Shown in pieces: positions 28,534 to 37,133 of a stretch of DNA of 55,177 nucleotides. The translations under genes were made by a program, and so were the position numbers. The notes beneath the pieces are model-generated. The model was not told the DNA's origin and made no database searches. It was given only the letters and a program-made list of their open reading frames with translations. This stretch comes from Pseudolabrys sp. (GTDB taxonomy: Bacteria > Pseudomonadota > Alphaproteobacteria > Rhizobiales > Xanthobacteraceae), in contig JAFBAG010000342.1 of assembly GCA_019247925.1 (NCBI GenBank), forward strand, positions 1 to 55,177, given 5' to 3'. Within the stretch, counting starts at the first letter, position 1. Each line of letters opens with the position of its first letter.

Positions 28534-28558
28534 AGCGGCCGGGACAAGCCCGGCCGCT
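28534..28558 (-). terminator. Intra-operon stem-loop between the binding-protein and permease genes
   Basis: agcggccggg-acaag-cccggccgct perfect 10-bp stem, followed on the minus strand by gcattttcttc. Confidence 0.65.
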
Positions 28559-28570
28559 ATCCTTGGTGCA

Positions 28571-29797
28571 TCAGGCGCGCTTGAGCGGCCAATCCGGCTT
28601 CGCGTTCGCCGACGCCTTCGGCGCCAGCGTCACCAGCTTGCCGCCGCGGTTCTGAATCGCCGAACACTTGAGCTGATCGTTCTGACCCTTGGCGTCGAAC
28701 TGGATGCCGGGGCCGGGGCTGACGTTATCGGTGATCTTCGTGGCGCGGATCGCGTCGGCCAAAGCCTTGGGGTCGGCGGACCCGGCGCGCTTGTAGGCGT
28801 CGGCAGCGACCAGCAGCGCTTCGAACGTATAGACGTGGTTGGTGTTGAGGCCGATACCCGCGTGCGCCTTGGCGAGGGCATCTTCAAGCAACTTGGTCGC
28901 CTTCTTGTTGGGATCGTACCACGGCACGAAGCTGATCGGGCCGTCGGCGTTCTTGCCGAGTGTCTTGAGATACTGGTCTTCGTACCAGCCCGGACCAATC
29001 GACAACACCGACTTCGGCGTCCAGCGCTGCTTGATCATCTCGCGCGTCACAAGAATGGCGTCGTTGAGGCGGCTGACCGCGATCAGCACTTCCGCGTTGG
29101 TCGCCTTCGCCTTGGCGACTTCGACCGACAGGTCGCGCGCCGCCGGATCGTAGGCGATCTCCTCGACGATTTTGTAAGGCATCTCGAAACGCGGAAACAT
29201 CGCCTTGGTGCCGCCGAGGATCGACATGCCGTAGGTATCGTTGACGTGCAGCATCACTGCCGTCTTCGGCTGGTCGTTCACGAGCGCGAAGATTTCCTTC
29301 TGGTTCAAGAAGGCATCGCGCAGAATCATCGGGCCGGTCGGGAAGTTGCGGAACACGAATTTGTAGCCCTGCTCGGTGATCGGCGGGGCGGCCGCAATGT
29401 TGATGACGTAGGGAATGCCCTTCTGCTCCGCGACTTGCGCAATCGCGGTGGATTGCCCGGAGTCGAAGGCGCCGACGAGGAGCTGCGCGCCATCGGCAAT
29501 CAGCTTCTCAGCACGCGCACGCGCAACATCGACGTTGGTTTCGGTGTCGGCATTCATGATCTGAAGGTCCGGCATCTTCATCTGCTTGAGGATGCCGACG
29601 GTGATGTCGACGCCGCGCTGGCAATCCTGGCCGATGCCGGCCTGCGTGCCCGACCGGGGCAACAGCACGCCAACCTTGAGGGGCGCGCCCTGGGCGCGGC
29701 CGATGTTGAACGGCGCGACGCCGGCGAGTGCGGCAGCGCCGATGCCCGCGGTTACGGTGCGGCGGCTCACCCGCGTATCCGAAATTTTGCGACTCAT
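28571..29797 (-). CDS. HAAT-family ABC substrate-binding protein, Tat signal
   Basis: SRRTV twin-arginine signal, LKVGVLLPRSG, LLVGAFDS and IQFDAKG. Start ATG 29797 with GGAGG RBS. Confidence 0.92.
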   Translation of the reverse strand: MSRKISDTRVSRRTVTAGIGAAALAGVAPFNIGRAQGAPLKVGVLLPRSGTQAGIGQDCQRGVDITVGILKQMKMPDLQIMNADTETNVDVARARAEKLIADGAQLLVGAFDSGQSTAIAQVAEQKGIPYVINIAAAPPITEQGYKFVFRNFPTGPMILRDAFLNQKEIFALVNDQPKTAVMLHVNDTYGMSILGGTKAMFPRFEMPYKIVEEIAYDPAARDLSVEVAKAKATNAEVLIAVSRLNDAILVTREMIKQRWTPKSVLSIGPGWYEDQYLKTLGKNADGPISFVPWYDPNKKATKLLEDALAKAHAGIGLNTNHVYTFEALLVAADAYKRAGSADPKALADAIRATKITDNVSPGPGIQFDAKGQNDQLKCSAIQNRGGKLVTLAPKASANAKPDWPLKRA

Positions 29798-29895
29798 GAT
29801 TTGTCCTCCCTCACGGCCTGTCGGCCTTTGTGGCCATATTGCCGGATTGTGATGGCTTGCGCCAAGCGCCCGTTTTGGCAAGCGCAGTCGCGGGC

Positions 29896-29916
29896 ATTGT
29901 TGACGTGGACAACATT
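29896..29916. promoter_or_regulatory. Candidate MarR operator
   Basis: TGTTG-acgtgga-CAACA inverted repeat (29898-29914) in the divergent SBP/MarR intergenic region. Confidence 0.6.
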
Positions 29917-29933
29917 TCAGTCAACCGTGACCT

Positions 29934-30434
29934 ATGGCCCGGGAGCCCACGCTATCGACAAGACCGCGCGGCGCCATGCCGCTGCAGCGCGCGCCCATGG
30001 TGCGGCGCGGCAGCGCGTCGATAAAGCTCGGCGTGCTCGACGCCCGGCTTGGCTATTTCATCCGCCGCGTGCAGCTTTGGGTTTTCCAGGATTTCATCCG
30101 CGCCCTCTCGGGGCTCGACCTGAGCCCCGCTCAATTTTCGGTGGTCGCGGTGGTGGCGGCCAATCCCGGCCTGACCCAAGCGGCTTTGTCGGAAACGCTC
30201 GGCATCGAGCGCGCGCGCCTCGCGCGAATGCTGCACGATCTGGGCCGCCGCGATATCACCCAGCGCCTGCCGTCAGCGCGAGACAAGCGTTCGCACGCCT
30301 TGCACCTGACCGGGGAAGGCCAAAAACTGTTCGCCCGCGCCCGGGCTTTGTCGGCGAAGCACGAAGAGCGGTTGGTGAAGCGGTTCGGCACGAACCGCTA
30401 CAACTCCGTTCTTGCCGCTCTGCGGGATTTCTAG
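29934..30434 (+). CDS. MarR family regulator (CouR-like)
   Basis: LGYFIRRVQLWVFQDF, LSPAQFSV, NPGLTQ and DKRSHALHLTGEG motifs. Start uncertain (29934/29976/29997). Confidence 0.9.
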   Translation: MAREPTLSTRPRGAMPLQRAPMVRRGSASIKLGVLDARLGYFIRRVQLWVFQDFIRALSGLDLSPAQFSVVAVVAANPGLTQAALSETLGIERARLARMLHDLGRRDITQRLPSARDKRSHALHLTGEGQKLFARARALSAKHEERLVKRFGTNRYNSVLAALRDF

Positions 30435-31726
30435 GCGAACAGCCTTTCGACCGCCGCCGCGATCTGCAGCAGTTTCTTGTCGCTGCCGTTTCGCGCAAGC
30501 AGCATCAAGCCTGTCGGTAACTGGCCATTCCGCGGCAGGGGTAACGAGACGGCGGTTAAATCGAAGAAGTTGCCGATTGTCGTATTGCGCAACAGCATCA
30601 TGTTGCGCGCCATGAAGTCTTTCGAGTCGCTCACTTCGTCGATGCGCGGAGCGACAATTGGACAGGTCGGCATCGCCAGCACATCCAGCCTCGCAAGAGC
30701 GGCATCCATTGCCGCGATCATGCGGGCGCGCTCACGCATGATGCGAATATAAGTCGCGGCCGAGAGTTCGCCGCCCTTTTGTATGCGGTTGCAGACGATC
30801 GGATCGACTTCCGCGCTGTGCTTTTCGAGACGCTCCTTGTGAATCGAATAGACCTCGGCGACCAGGATGCTGCCGTACTTGAACAGTTCGGTCATGTCGT
30901 CAAGCAGCGACAGCTTTTCGTCGCTGCGTTTTACGCCGGCTTTCTCGATCGTCGCGAGCGCGGCGGGAAACGATTTGCCGACCGTGTCGTCGAGCTTCTC
31001 AAGTGGCACGCCCTGCGCGACGCCAAATTTGAGGCCCTTGAGCGACGCCTCTTCCAGCGCGGTGGATTTCTCGCCCGCCATGACAGCGTCCGCCAGCGCG
31101 CACTGCGCCACGGTTTTTGCCATCGGCCCAATCGAGTCGAGCGTGTAAGACAGCGGAAAAGCGCCGTCGGTTGGAACGCGTTGACGGCTGGGCTTGAAAC
31201 CGACGATGCCACAGAGCGCGGCCGGGATGCGCACCGATCCACCGGTGTCGGAGCCGATCGCGATTTCGCACATGCCGTCGCCCGCGGCGACAGCCCCGCC
31301 AGAGGAGGAGCCCCCCGGGACCCGCGCGCGGTCCGCGGGATTGCCGGGCGTTCCGTAATGGGGATTTATGCCAATTCCGGTGAAAGCAAATTCCGACATG
31401 TTGGTCTTGGCGATGATGACAGCGCCCGCTTCGCGCAATCGTTTCACCACCGTCGCGTCTTCCGCCGCTTTCTTTCCTTCGGCGGCGAGCACTTTCGACC
31501 CCGCTCGGGTCACTTCTCCGGCGACGTCGAACAGGTCCTTGATCGAAACGATGGTCCCGTCCAGTGGGCCGCGCATTTGGCCGTCACGCGCGCGAGCGTC
31601 CGCCGCATCCGCGGCGATCCGCGCTTCGGTGCGATAAACGGTAAGGCACGCCCGCGCGCCCTCGCCTTTTGGATCGTCAATGCGCGCGAGCGCTTCTTCG
31701 AGCCGATCGCGGGATTTCGTGGCCAT
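30431..31726 (-). CDS. Amidase signature family protein
   Basis: SIKDLFD, KTNMSEFA, PGGSSSG and GSDTGGSVRIPAA (Lys-cisSer-Ser triad). Confidence 0.95.
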   Translation of the reverse strand: MATKSRDRLEEALARIDDPKGEGARACLTVYRTEARIAADAADARARDGQMRGPLDGTIVSIKDLFDVAGEVTRAGSKVLAAEGKKAAEDATVVKRLREAGAVIIAKTNMSEFAFTGIGINPHYGTPGNPADRARVPGGSSSGGAVAAGDGMCEIAIGSDTGGSVRIPAALCGIVGFKPSRQRVPTDGAFPLSYTLDSIGPMAKTVAQCALADAVMAGEKSTALEEASLKGLKFGVAQGVPLEKLDDTVGKSFPAALATIEKAGVKRSDEKLSLLDDMTELFKYGSILVAEVYSIHKERLEKHSAEVDPIVCNRIQKGGELSAATYIRIMRERARMIAAMDAALARLDVLAMPTCPIVAPRIDEVSDSKDFMARNMMLLRNTTIGNFFDLTAVSLPLPRNGQLPTGLMLLARNGSDKKLLQIAAAVERLFA

Positions 31727-31731
31727 GCTTC

Positions 31732-32577
31732 CTACTCAAAAAGTTCCGCGGCGGTGAACGGCCGCGAGACAAGCTTCTGCTGAAACGCGTAACGGGACAA
31801 CAATTCCAGCCCTGCCGCGTTGGCCGCTTTCCCAAACGGCGTGTCGCTTTTCGATCCCGCCGCCTTCCAGCCGGCCTCGAGCAGGCGATAGAGCGCATCA
31901 ACCGCGGATGGATCAGAGCGCGCGAACTCGTCGGTGACGACAACCATATGGTTGACCGGAACCAGCTTGTGCTTGGCAAACCATTTTTGTGCCTCAACCT
32001 CCGGATTTGGAATGACGCTTTGCAGGCGCGGGTCGTCCGGCATGGCCGCGCCGTAAATGGCAGCGTCAAGCTCGCCGTTGATCAGCATGTTGGTCATGTC
32101 TTTTGTGCTGCGCTCGACGCCCGGAGGGTCTTTCCCCTCAGCGACGTGACCGTCTTCGAATGTCAACCACCGCACGCCTGAAAAATCGACGCCGTAGTCA
32201 TTCTGAAGGATGCCGCGCAGCCAAACCCCAGTGGTCTGGCTGTATGAGCGCACGCCGATCCTCTTGTCGGCCAGATCTTTCGGCGTCAGACGCGCGCGCT
32301 CCGCATTGTGCAGCATCGTGTGGTGCTGGAAGCGCGCCAGCATCGCCGCCGGCAGCAGCTTCAACCCCTTGCGGTGCTCCTTGGCCTGTAAAAAAGTCAC
32401 CAGCGCGAGTTCGCTGGCGTCATAGGCATGCTCACGCACCATGGGCTTGAACGCCATATGCATCGGCTTGACCTCGACGAAGTCGAGCTTGAGCGAAGAC
32501 GACGTGATCTCCCCGCGCTTGAGCGGCAGCGTGTGCGGGTAGTCGCCGAGCGCAATGCGGATCGTGGTGGCTGCCAT
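31732..32577 (-). CDS. 4,5-dihydroxyphthalate decarboxylase-like protein (PBP type 2 fold)
   Basis: YDASELA, KRIGVRSYSQTTGVWLRGILQNDYGV, GELDAAI and VPVNHMVVV; no signal peptide. Confidence 0.7.
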   Translation of the reverse strand: MAATTIRIALGDYPHTLPLKRGEITSSSLKLDFVEVKPMHMAFKPMVREHAYDASELALVTFLQAKEHRKGLKLLPAAMLARFQHHTMLHNAERARLTPKDLADKRIGVRSYSQTTGVWLRGILQNDYGVDFSGVRWLTFEDGHVAEGKDPPGVERSTKDMTNMLINGELDAAIYGAAMPDDPRLQSVIPNPEVEAQKWFAKHKLVPVNHMVVVTDEFARSDPSAVDALYRLLEAGWKAAGSKSDTPFGKAANAAGLELLSRYAFQQKLVSRPFTAAELFE

Positions 32578-32639
32578 GACAAGACTTTCGAAGTCGGGAA
32601 TGCTATTGAATTGCTCGCATTTTGAGAATGGAGTTTTGC

Positions 32640-33365
32640 GTGGCTGACGGAAAAACCGGCCTCGTGATCACCGCGCACCCCGGTGACTTTGTCTGGCGCG
32701 CCGGCGGCGCCATCGCGCTGCACGCCAAGCGCGGATACAAGATGAAGATCGTCTGCCTGTCGTTCGGCGAGCGCGGCGAGAGCCAGTTTGCCTGGAAAGA
32801 GGCCGGTGCCACACTCGAGAAGGTCAAGGCCGGACGCAAAGACGAGGCGGCCCGCGCGGCCGAACTGCTCGGCGCCGAGATCGAATTTTTCGACGCCGGC
32901 GACTATCCGCTGCGGCTGACCGACAAGCATTTCGAGCGCATGGTCGACATCTATCGTGAGCTCAATCCCGCTTTTGTGCTCACCCACGCACTCGAAGACC
33001 CCTACAATTTCGATCATCCAAATGCCGCGCATTTCGCGCAGGAAACCCGCGTCGTGGCGCAGGCGATGGGGCACAAGCCGGACGCTAAGTACAAATATAC
33101 GGCGCCTGCGGTCTATCTGTTCGAGCCCCACCAGCCGGAACAGTGCAACTACAAGCCCGACCTCATCCTGAAAATCGATGGGGTGTGGGAGACAAAATAC
33201 AAGGCGTTTCAAATCCTCGCCGCGCAGAAGCACCTCTGGCACTATTATGAGCGCGTGGCGCTCAACCGGGGCATCCAGGGCTCCCGCAATACCGGGATTC
33301 CGATGACCTACGGCGAGGCCTACCAGACCGTATTTCCCCGGGTCGTCACCGACGCTCTAGGCTGA
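32640..33365 (+). CDS. galB: 4-oxalomesaconate hydratase (PIG-L/LmbE family)
   Basis: AHPGDFVWRAGGAIALH, SFGERGES, DPYNFDHP and FEPHQPEQC motifs. GTG start at 32640 with GGAG RBS. Confidence 0.88.
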   Translation: MADGKTGLVITAHPGDFVWRAGGAIALHAKRGYKMKIVCLSFGERGESQFAWKEAGATLEKVKAGRKDEAARAAELLGAEIEFFDAGDYPLRLTDKHFERMVDIYRELNPAFVLTHALEDPYNFDHPNAAHFAQETRVVAQAMGHKPDAKYKYTAPAVYLFEPHQPEQCNYKPDLILKIDGVWETKYKAFQILAAQKHLWHYYERVALNRGIQGSRNTGIPMTYGEAYQTVFPRVVTDALG

Positions 33366-33381
33366 GGTAAAGGACGGGGCC

Positions 33382-34074
33382 ATGAAGAACGTTGTCGTTC
33401 GCAACATCCAGCGCGCCGACGCCGCCGCACTCGCGACGTTCGAAAAGCTCGGCGCCTCCACAGTTCACGAGGCCCTGGGGCGGTATCAATTGATGAAGCC
33501 CTATATCCGCCCGGTCTGGGCCGGCGCATCGATCGCCGGACCTGCGGTGACCGTTCTCGCGCAACCCGGCGACAACTGGATGCTTCATGTGGCCATCGAG
33601 CAGTGCCAGCCCGGCGACATCGTCGTGCTCGCCTGCACCGCTGACAATACCGACGGTATGATCGGCGATCTCATCGCCACATCACTGAAGGCGCGCGGCG
33701 TGAAGGGCGTCGTCATGGATGCCGGCTGCCGCGATGTCGCTGCGCTCAAGGAGATGGGCTTTCCCATCTGGTCGCGTGCGATTTCCTCAAAAGGCACAGT
33801 GAAGGCGACGCTAGGGTCGGTGAATATCCCGGTGGTGTGCGCCGGGGTCTATGTCGAGCCGGGCGACGCGGTGGTCGCCGACGATGATGGGGTCGTCGTC
33901 GTTCCTAAAAAATACTGTGCCGAGGTCGCGGAGAAAGCCCAGAAACGTTTCGACGACGAGGACGCCAAGCGTCAGAAGCTTGCGGCAGGCGTGCTCGGCC
34001 TCGATATGTACAATATGCGCGAGCCGCTCAAGAAGGCCGGACTGATCTACGTCGATAAGCCGGAAGACGTCTAA
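33382..34074 (+). CDS. ligK: 4-carboxy-4-hydroxy-2-oxoadipate/HMG aldolase
   Basis: STVHEA, PGDNWMLHVAIEQ, GCRD, KGTVKATLGSVN and GVLGLDMYNMR motifs. Confidence 0.93.
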   Translation: MKNVVVRNIQRADAAALATFEKLGASTVHEALGRYQLMKPYIRPVWAGASIAGPAVTVLAQPGDNWMLHVAIEQCQPGDIVVLACTADNTDGMIGDLIATSLKARGVKGVVMDAGCRDVAALKEMGFPIWSRAISSKGTVKATLGSVNIPVVCAGVYVEPGDAVVADDDGVVVVPKKYCAEVAEKAQKRFDDEDAKRQKLAAGVLGLDMYNMREPLKKAGLIYVDKPEDV

Positions 34075-34075
34075 C

Positions 34076-35041
34076 GTGACAATCAAAGAACCAAATCTCG
34101 ACATCGCGCATCTCGGGCACCTCGAACTGCTGACTCCGAAATTCGAGCAGAGCGCACGGTTCTTCATTGACGTGCTCGGCATGACCAAAAGTGGCGAAAA
34201 GGGCGATTCGATTTACCTGCGCTGCTACGACGACTACGAGCGTTATTCGATCAAACTTACCGCGGCGAAAACCAACGGCATGGGCCATGTCGCCTACCGC
34301 ACCCGCTCGCCCCAGGCGCTCGAGCGCCGCGCCGCCGCGCTGAAAGGCTCGGGATTCGATGTGGGCTGGACTGACGGCGATCTCGGCCACGGCAAGACCT
34401 TCGTCTGCAAGGATCCGGACGGTCATGTCATCGAACTTTACTACGACACCGAATGGTACGAGGCGCCGCCGGAGCTCAAGCCGTCGCTCAAAAATCAGGC
34501 CCAGCGTTTTCCGGCGCGCGGCTGCAATGTGAGGCGCATCGATCACTGGAATGGACTTGCTGCGGACATTTCGGCGTGCCGCAAGTTCTTTGAGGACTAT
34601 CTCGGCTTTCGCCTGACTGAGCGCATCGTGCTCAATGACGGCAGCGAAGCGGGCATCTGGCTGACCGCCACCAACAAGTCCTACGATTTCGCCTATACGC
34701 GCGACCACACGGGCGTTCCGGGCCGGTTTCATCACGTCACGTTCGCGCTCAATTCACGCGAGGAGGTGCTGCTCGCCGCGGATGTCTTCCTTGAGAACGG
34801 CATCCACATCGAGACCGGGCCGCACAAACACGCGATCCAGCAGACCTTCTTCCTGTATGTCTACGAACCCGGCGGAAACCGTGTCGAGGTGGCCAATGCC
34901 GGCGCGCGCTTGGTGCTCGCGCCGGATTGGAAGCCGATCACCTGGACCGAGGACGAACGCAAGAAGGGCCAAGCCTGGGGGCTCAAGACCATCGAGTCGT
35001 TCCACACCCACGGCACGCCGGAAGTCGCCCACAAAAAATAG
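34076..35041 (+). CDS. VOC-superfamily extradiol ring-cleavage dioxygenase (catechol 2,3-dioxygenase family)
   Basis: IAHLGHLELLTP, DPDGHVIEL, RRIDHWN, RFHHVTF, GPHKH and YVYEPGGNRVE (His-His-Glu metal ligands). Confidence 0.9.
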   Translation: MTIKEPNLDIAHLGHLELLTPKFEQSARFFIDVLGMTKSGEKGDSIYLRCYDDYERYSIKLTAAKTNGMGHVAYRTRSPQALERRAAALKGSGFDVGWTDGDLGHGKTFVCKDPDGHVIELYYDTEWYEAPPELKPSLKNQAQRFPARGCNVRRIDHWNGLAADISACRKFFEDYLGFRLTERIVLNDGSEAGIWLTATNKSYDFAYTRDHTGVPGRFHHVTFALNSREEVLLAADVFLENGIHIETGPHKHAIQQTFFLYVYEPGGNRVEVANAGARLVLAPDWKPITWTEDERKKGQAWGLKTIESFHTHGTPEVAHKK

Positions 35042-35044
35042 CGA

Positions 35045-35060
35045 GCCGCCCGAAGGCGGC
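35045..35060 (-). terminator. Hairpin between convergent genes (C-UUCG-G loop on the minus strand)
   Basis: gccgcc-cgaa-ggcggc; no clear U-tract. Confidence 0.5.
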
Positions 35061-35073
35061 CCGTTCGCGGCTA

Positions 35074-36036
35074 CTACTTCTTCAGCGGCGGGATCTGTAT
35101 GAATTCCTTGACCTGCTCCGCTGTCAGCGGCTGATCGAGAAACTTCAGCTTTACGGCGTCGCGGATCGCACCATCGAGATCGGCCATCTTTTCGGTCTGC
35201 ATCGTCGCGATCGGCTGAAAGTCCTTGGCCGACTGCTCAACGATATCGAGCGGGATTTTCAACTTGTCCGCATACATCTGCATCGCCTTTGGATTCTGAT
35301 ACATCCAGGCTACGCCCTCGCGATAAGCGTCGACGAAACGCATAATGGCGTCTCTTTTCGTCGCCAATGCATTCGCGTTGACGATGACGACGCGAACGGT
35401 TTGCCCCCTGAGCGATGGCACGTCGGACCCGCGCGCGATGATCCGGATTTTTCCCTCTTTCACTTCCTTGAGGCCGATCGGCGGCGCCGCCCAGCCGATA
35501 TCGACCTGACCCGACATCACCGCCGTCATGGTGCCTGGAGGACCGCCGGTCGCCGTCGGCTTTGCCTTGGCGCCAAGCTCTTCCTTGAACGCTACGACGA
35601 TGTTGTTCGACGACGAGCCGTTGGTGGAATAGGCAATGGTTGTCTGCTCGGTTGCGTCTTTCAGTGACTTCAATGGTGAGTCAGCCTTGACGTACCAGTA
35701 GAGATCGCTGGTCCCGGTGAACATCGGGAGCAGGATGCGGATCGGCGCACCCCGCGCCATCGCGCGCAGCGCACCGGCGACACCGACGCCGCCGCCGAGA
35801 TCTGCGCTCCCCGAAACGACCGCCTGGATGGTTTCGCCGGCGCCTTGCGAGCCGGTCATCTCGACGACGAGATTATGCTTTTTGTAGATTCCGGCTTCCT
35901 GACCCAGGACGGGCGACTGATTTTCCCAGTTATTGATCTGGCCCATCACCATCTTGAGGGTGTCTTGCGCATTCGCGGCATTGCCAAAAATAAAAGGCAC
36001 CGCGACAGCCAGCGCCACAAGCGCGTGTCGTTTCAT
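35074..36036 (-). CDS. NMT1/SsuA/TauA-type ABC substrate-binding protein (orphan)
   Basis: Signal peptide ending ANA-QD, ETIQAVVSGSAD, YSTNGSSS and VMSGQVDIG. Start ATG 36036 with GGAGG RBS. Confidence 0.88.
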   Translation of the reverse strand: MKRHALVALAVAVPFIFGNAANAQDTLKMVMGQINNWENQSPVLGQEAGIYKKHNLVVEMTGSQGAGETIQAVVSGSADLGGGVGVAGALRAMARGAPIRILLPMFTGTSDLYWYVKADSPLKSLKDATEQTTIAYSTNGSSSNNIVVAFKEELGAKAKPTATGGPPGTMTAVMSGQVDIGWAAPPIGLKEVKEGKIRIIARGSDVPSLRGQTVRVVIVNANALATKRDAIMRFVDAYREGVAWMYQNPKAMQMYADKLKIPLDIVEQSAKDFQPIATMQTEKMADLDGAIRDAVKLKFLDQPLTAEQVKEFIQIPPLKK

Positions 36037-36100
36037 CTGTGTTCCTCCATCTATCTTTTTGTTGTCCCGCTGATTGAACAACGGGAGGCTCTTGAAGTCA

Positions 36101-36865
36101 TCAGCGGGATTTGAGCCTCGAACTTTTTTTCTGCGCCTTCGGCGGCGTCCCGCCGGCCTTGTCGAGACGGACCGACCAATATTCCCAGGCCCGAACCAAG
36201 CCGGTCGTGTGCGACATGAGAGCTGAAGCTTTTTCGACCTCGCCGGGCGAAAGCGGATTGATCGTGCCGGCATTCATTGCGGCGATCTGGTATTCCGCAT
36301 TACGGGTCGAGTAGATCGCGCGGAACACGCATTCCTGCACCCCGGCGCCGGCGACCGTGACGCCATGGCGGTTCATCAGTACCATCCAGTGCTTGCCGAG
36401 GCGCCGCGCGAGCGAGGCGCCCTCTTCCTGCTTTACGACCAAGAGATTGGTGTCGCCGAATTCCTTGCGCTGATCCCAGAACGGAGGCTTCGCGCCGCCA
36501 GCCGCGCCGAGATGAAACACCGGGACAAAATCGATCCCGTTGATGACGAGCGGCATAAAAGCCGGCGCATGGTGATGACACACAGCCATGACATCTGGGC
36601 GCGCCTTGTAGATTTCGCCGTGGATCACTCGTTCGGAATAAAGCGGCACTTTGGGATCGCGCACCGGCTGCGAATTCAGGTCGTATTCCAGGATGTCATC
36701 CGGCGCGACGAGCTCCGGCGCGCGCGAGCGCGAGAGCAGATACCGGTTGGGATCATCAGGATGACGCGCGCTGACATGACCGAATGCATCCAGCACTCCT
36801 TCATTGGCGAGGATGCGGTTCGCAAGAGCAATTTCGAGCCTCAGTGCGGCGAGTTTGTTCGGCAA
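36101..36865 (-). CDS. Class II aldolase/adducin family protein
   Basis: DAFGHVSARHP, YSERVIHGEIYKARPDV.AVCHHH and LMNRHG motifs. Probable TTG start at 36865. Confidence 0.88.
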   Translation of the reverse strand: MPNKLAALRLEIALANRILANEGVLDAFGHVSARHPDDPNRYLLSRSRAPELVAPDDILEYDLNSQPVRDPKVPLYSERVIHGEIYKARPDVMAVCHHHAPAFMPLVINGIDFVPVFHLGAAGGAKPPFWDQRKEFGDTNLLVVKQEEGASLARRLGKHWMVLMNRHGVTVAGAGVQECVFRAIYSTRNAEYQIAAMNAGTINPLSPGEVEKASALMSHTTGLVRAWEYWSVRLDKAGGTPPKAQKKSSRLKSR

Positions 36866-37070
36866 AGTATTTCCCTGCGATGACCGTTTCTGAGCCGCGA
36901 CTATAAACGCCGCCGCATCGTGAATCCGCTTTTCGGAACTCTCCACAAATGCCTGCTGGCAATTGTGGCGCCAGGGAACTGCGCACCGCCACGCCCTCGC
37001 GCTAAGCTCCCGTTTGCTGGGCCGAATTCGATAAACTTGTCTGTAAGTGTGCCAAATTGGTGCTTGCGAT

Positions 37071-37121
37071 CATGGTTAACGTGCGGAAAACTCGCGGCAC
37101 CTGTAAGGCTTACATGGTTAA
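37071..37121. promoter_or_regulatory. Two TTAACCAT (CtrA half-site type) motifs, minus strand
   Basis: catggttaa at 37071-37079 and 37113-37121, 42 bp apart. Confidence 0.5.
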
Positions 37122-37133
37122 TGAGGTTATCCG

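Noticed and set aside
30431-31726. GatA (Glu-tRNA amidotransferase)
   Set aside because: No gatB/gatC nearby, shorter length and catabolic context; generic amidase.
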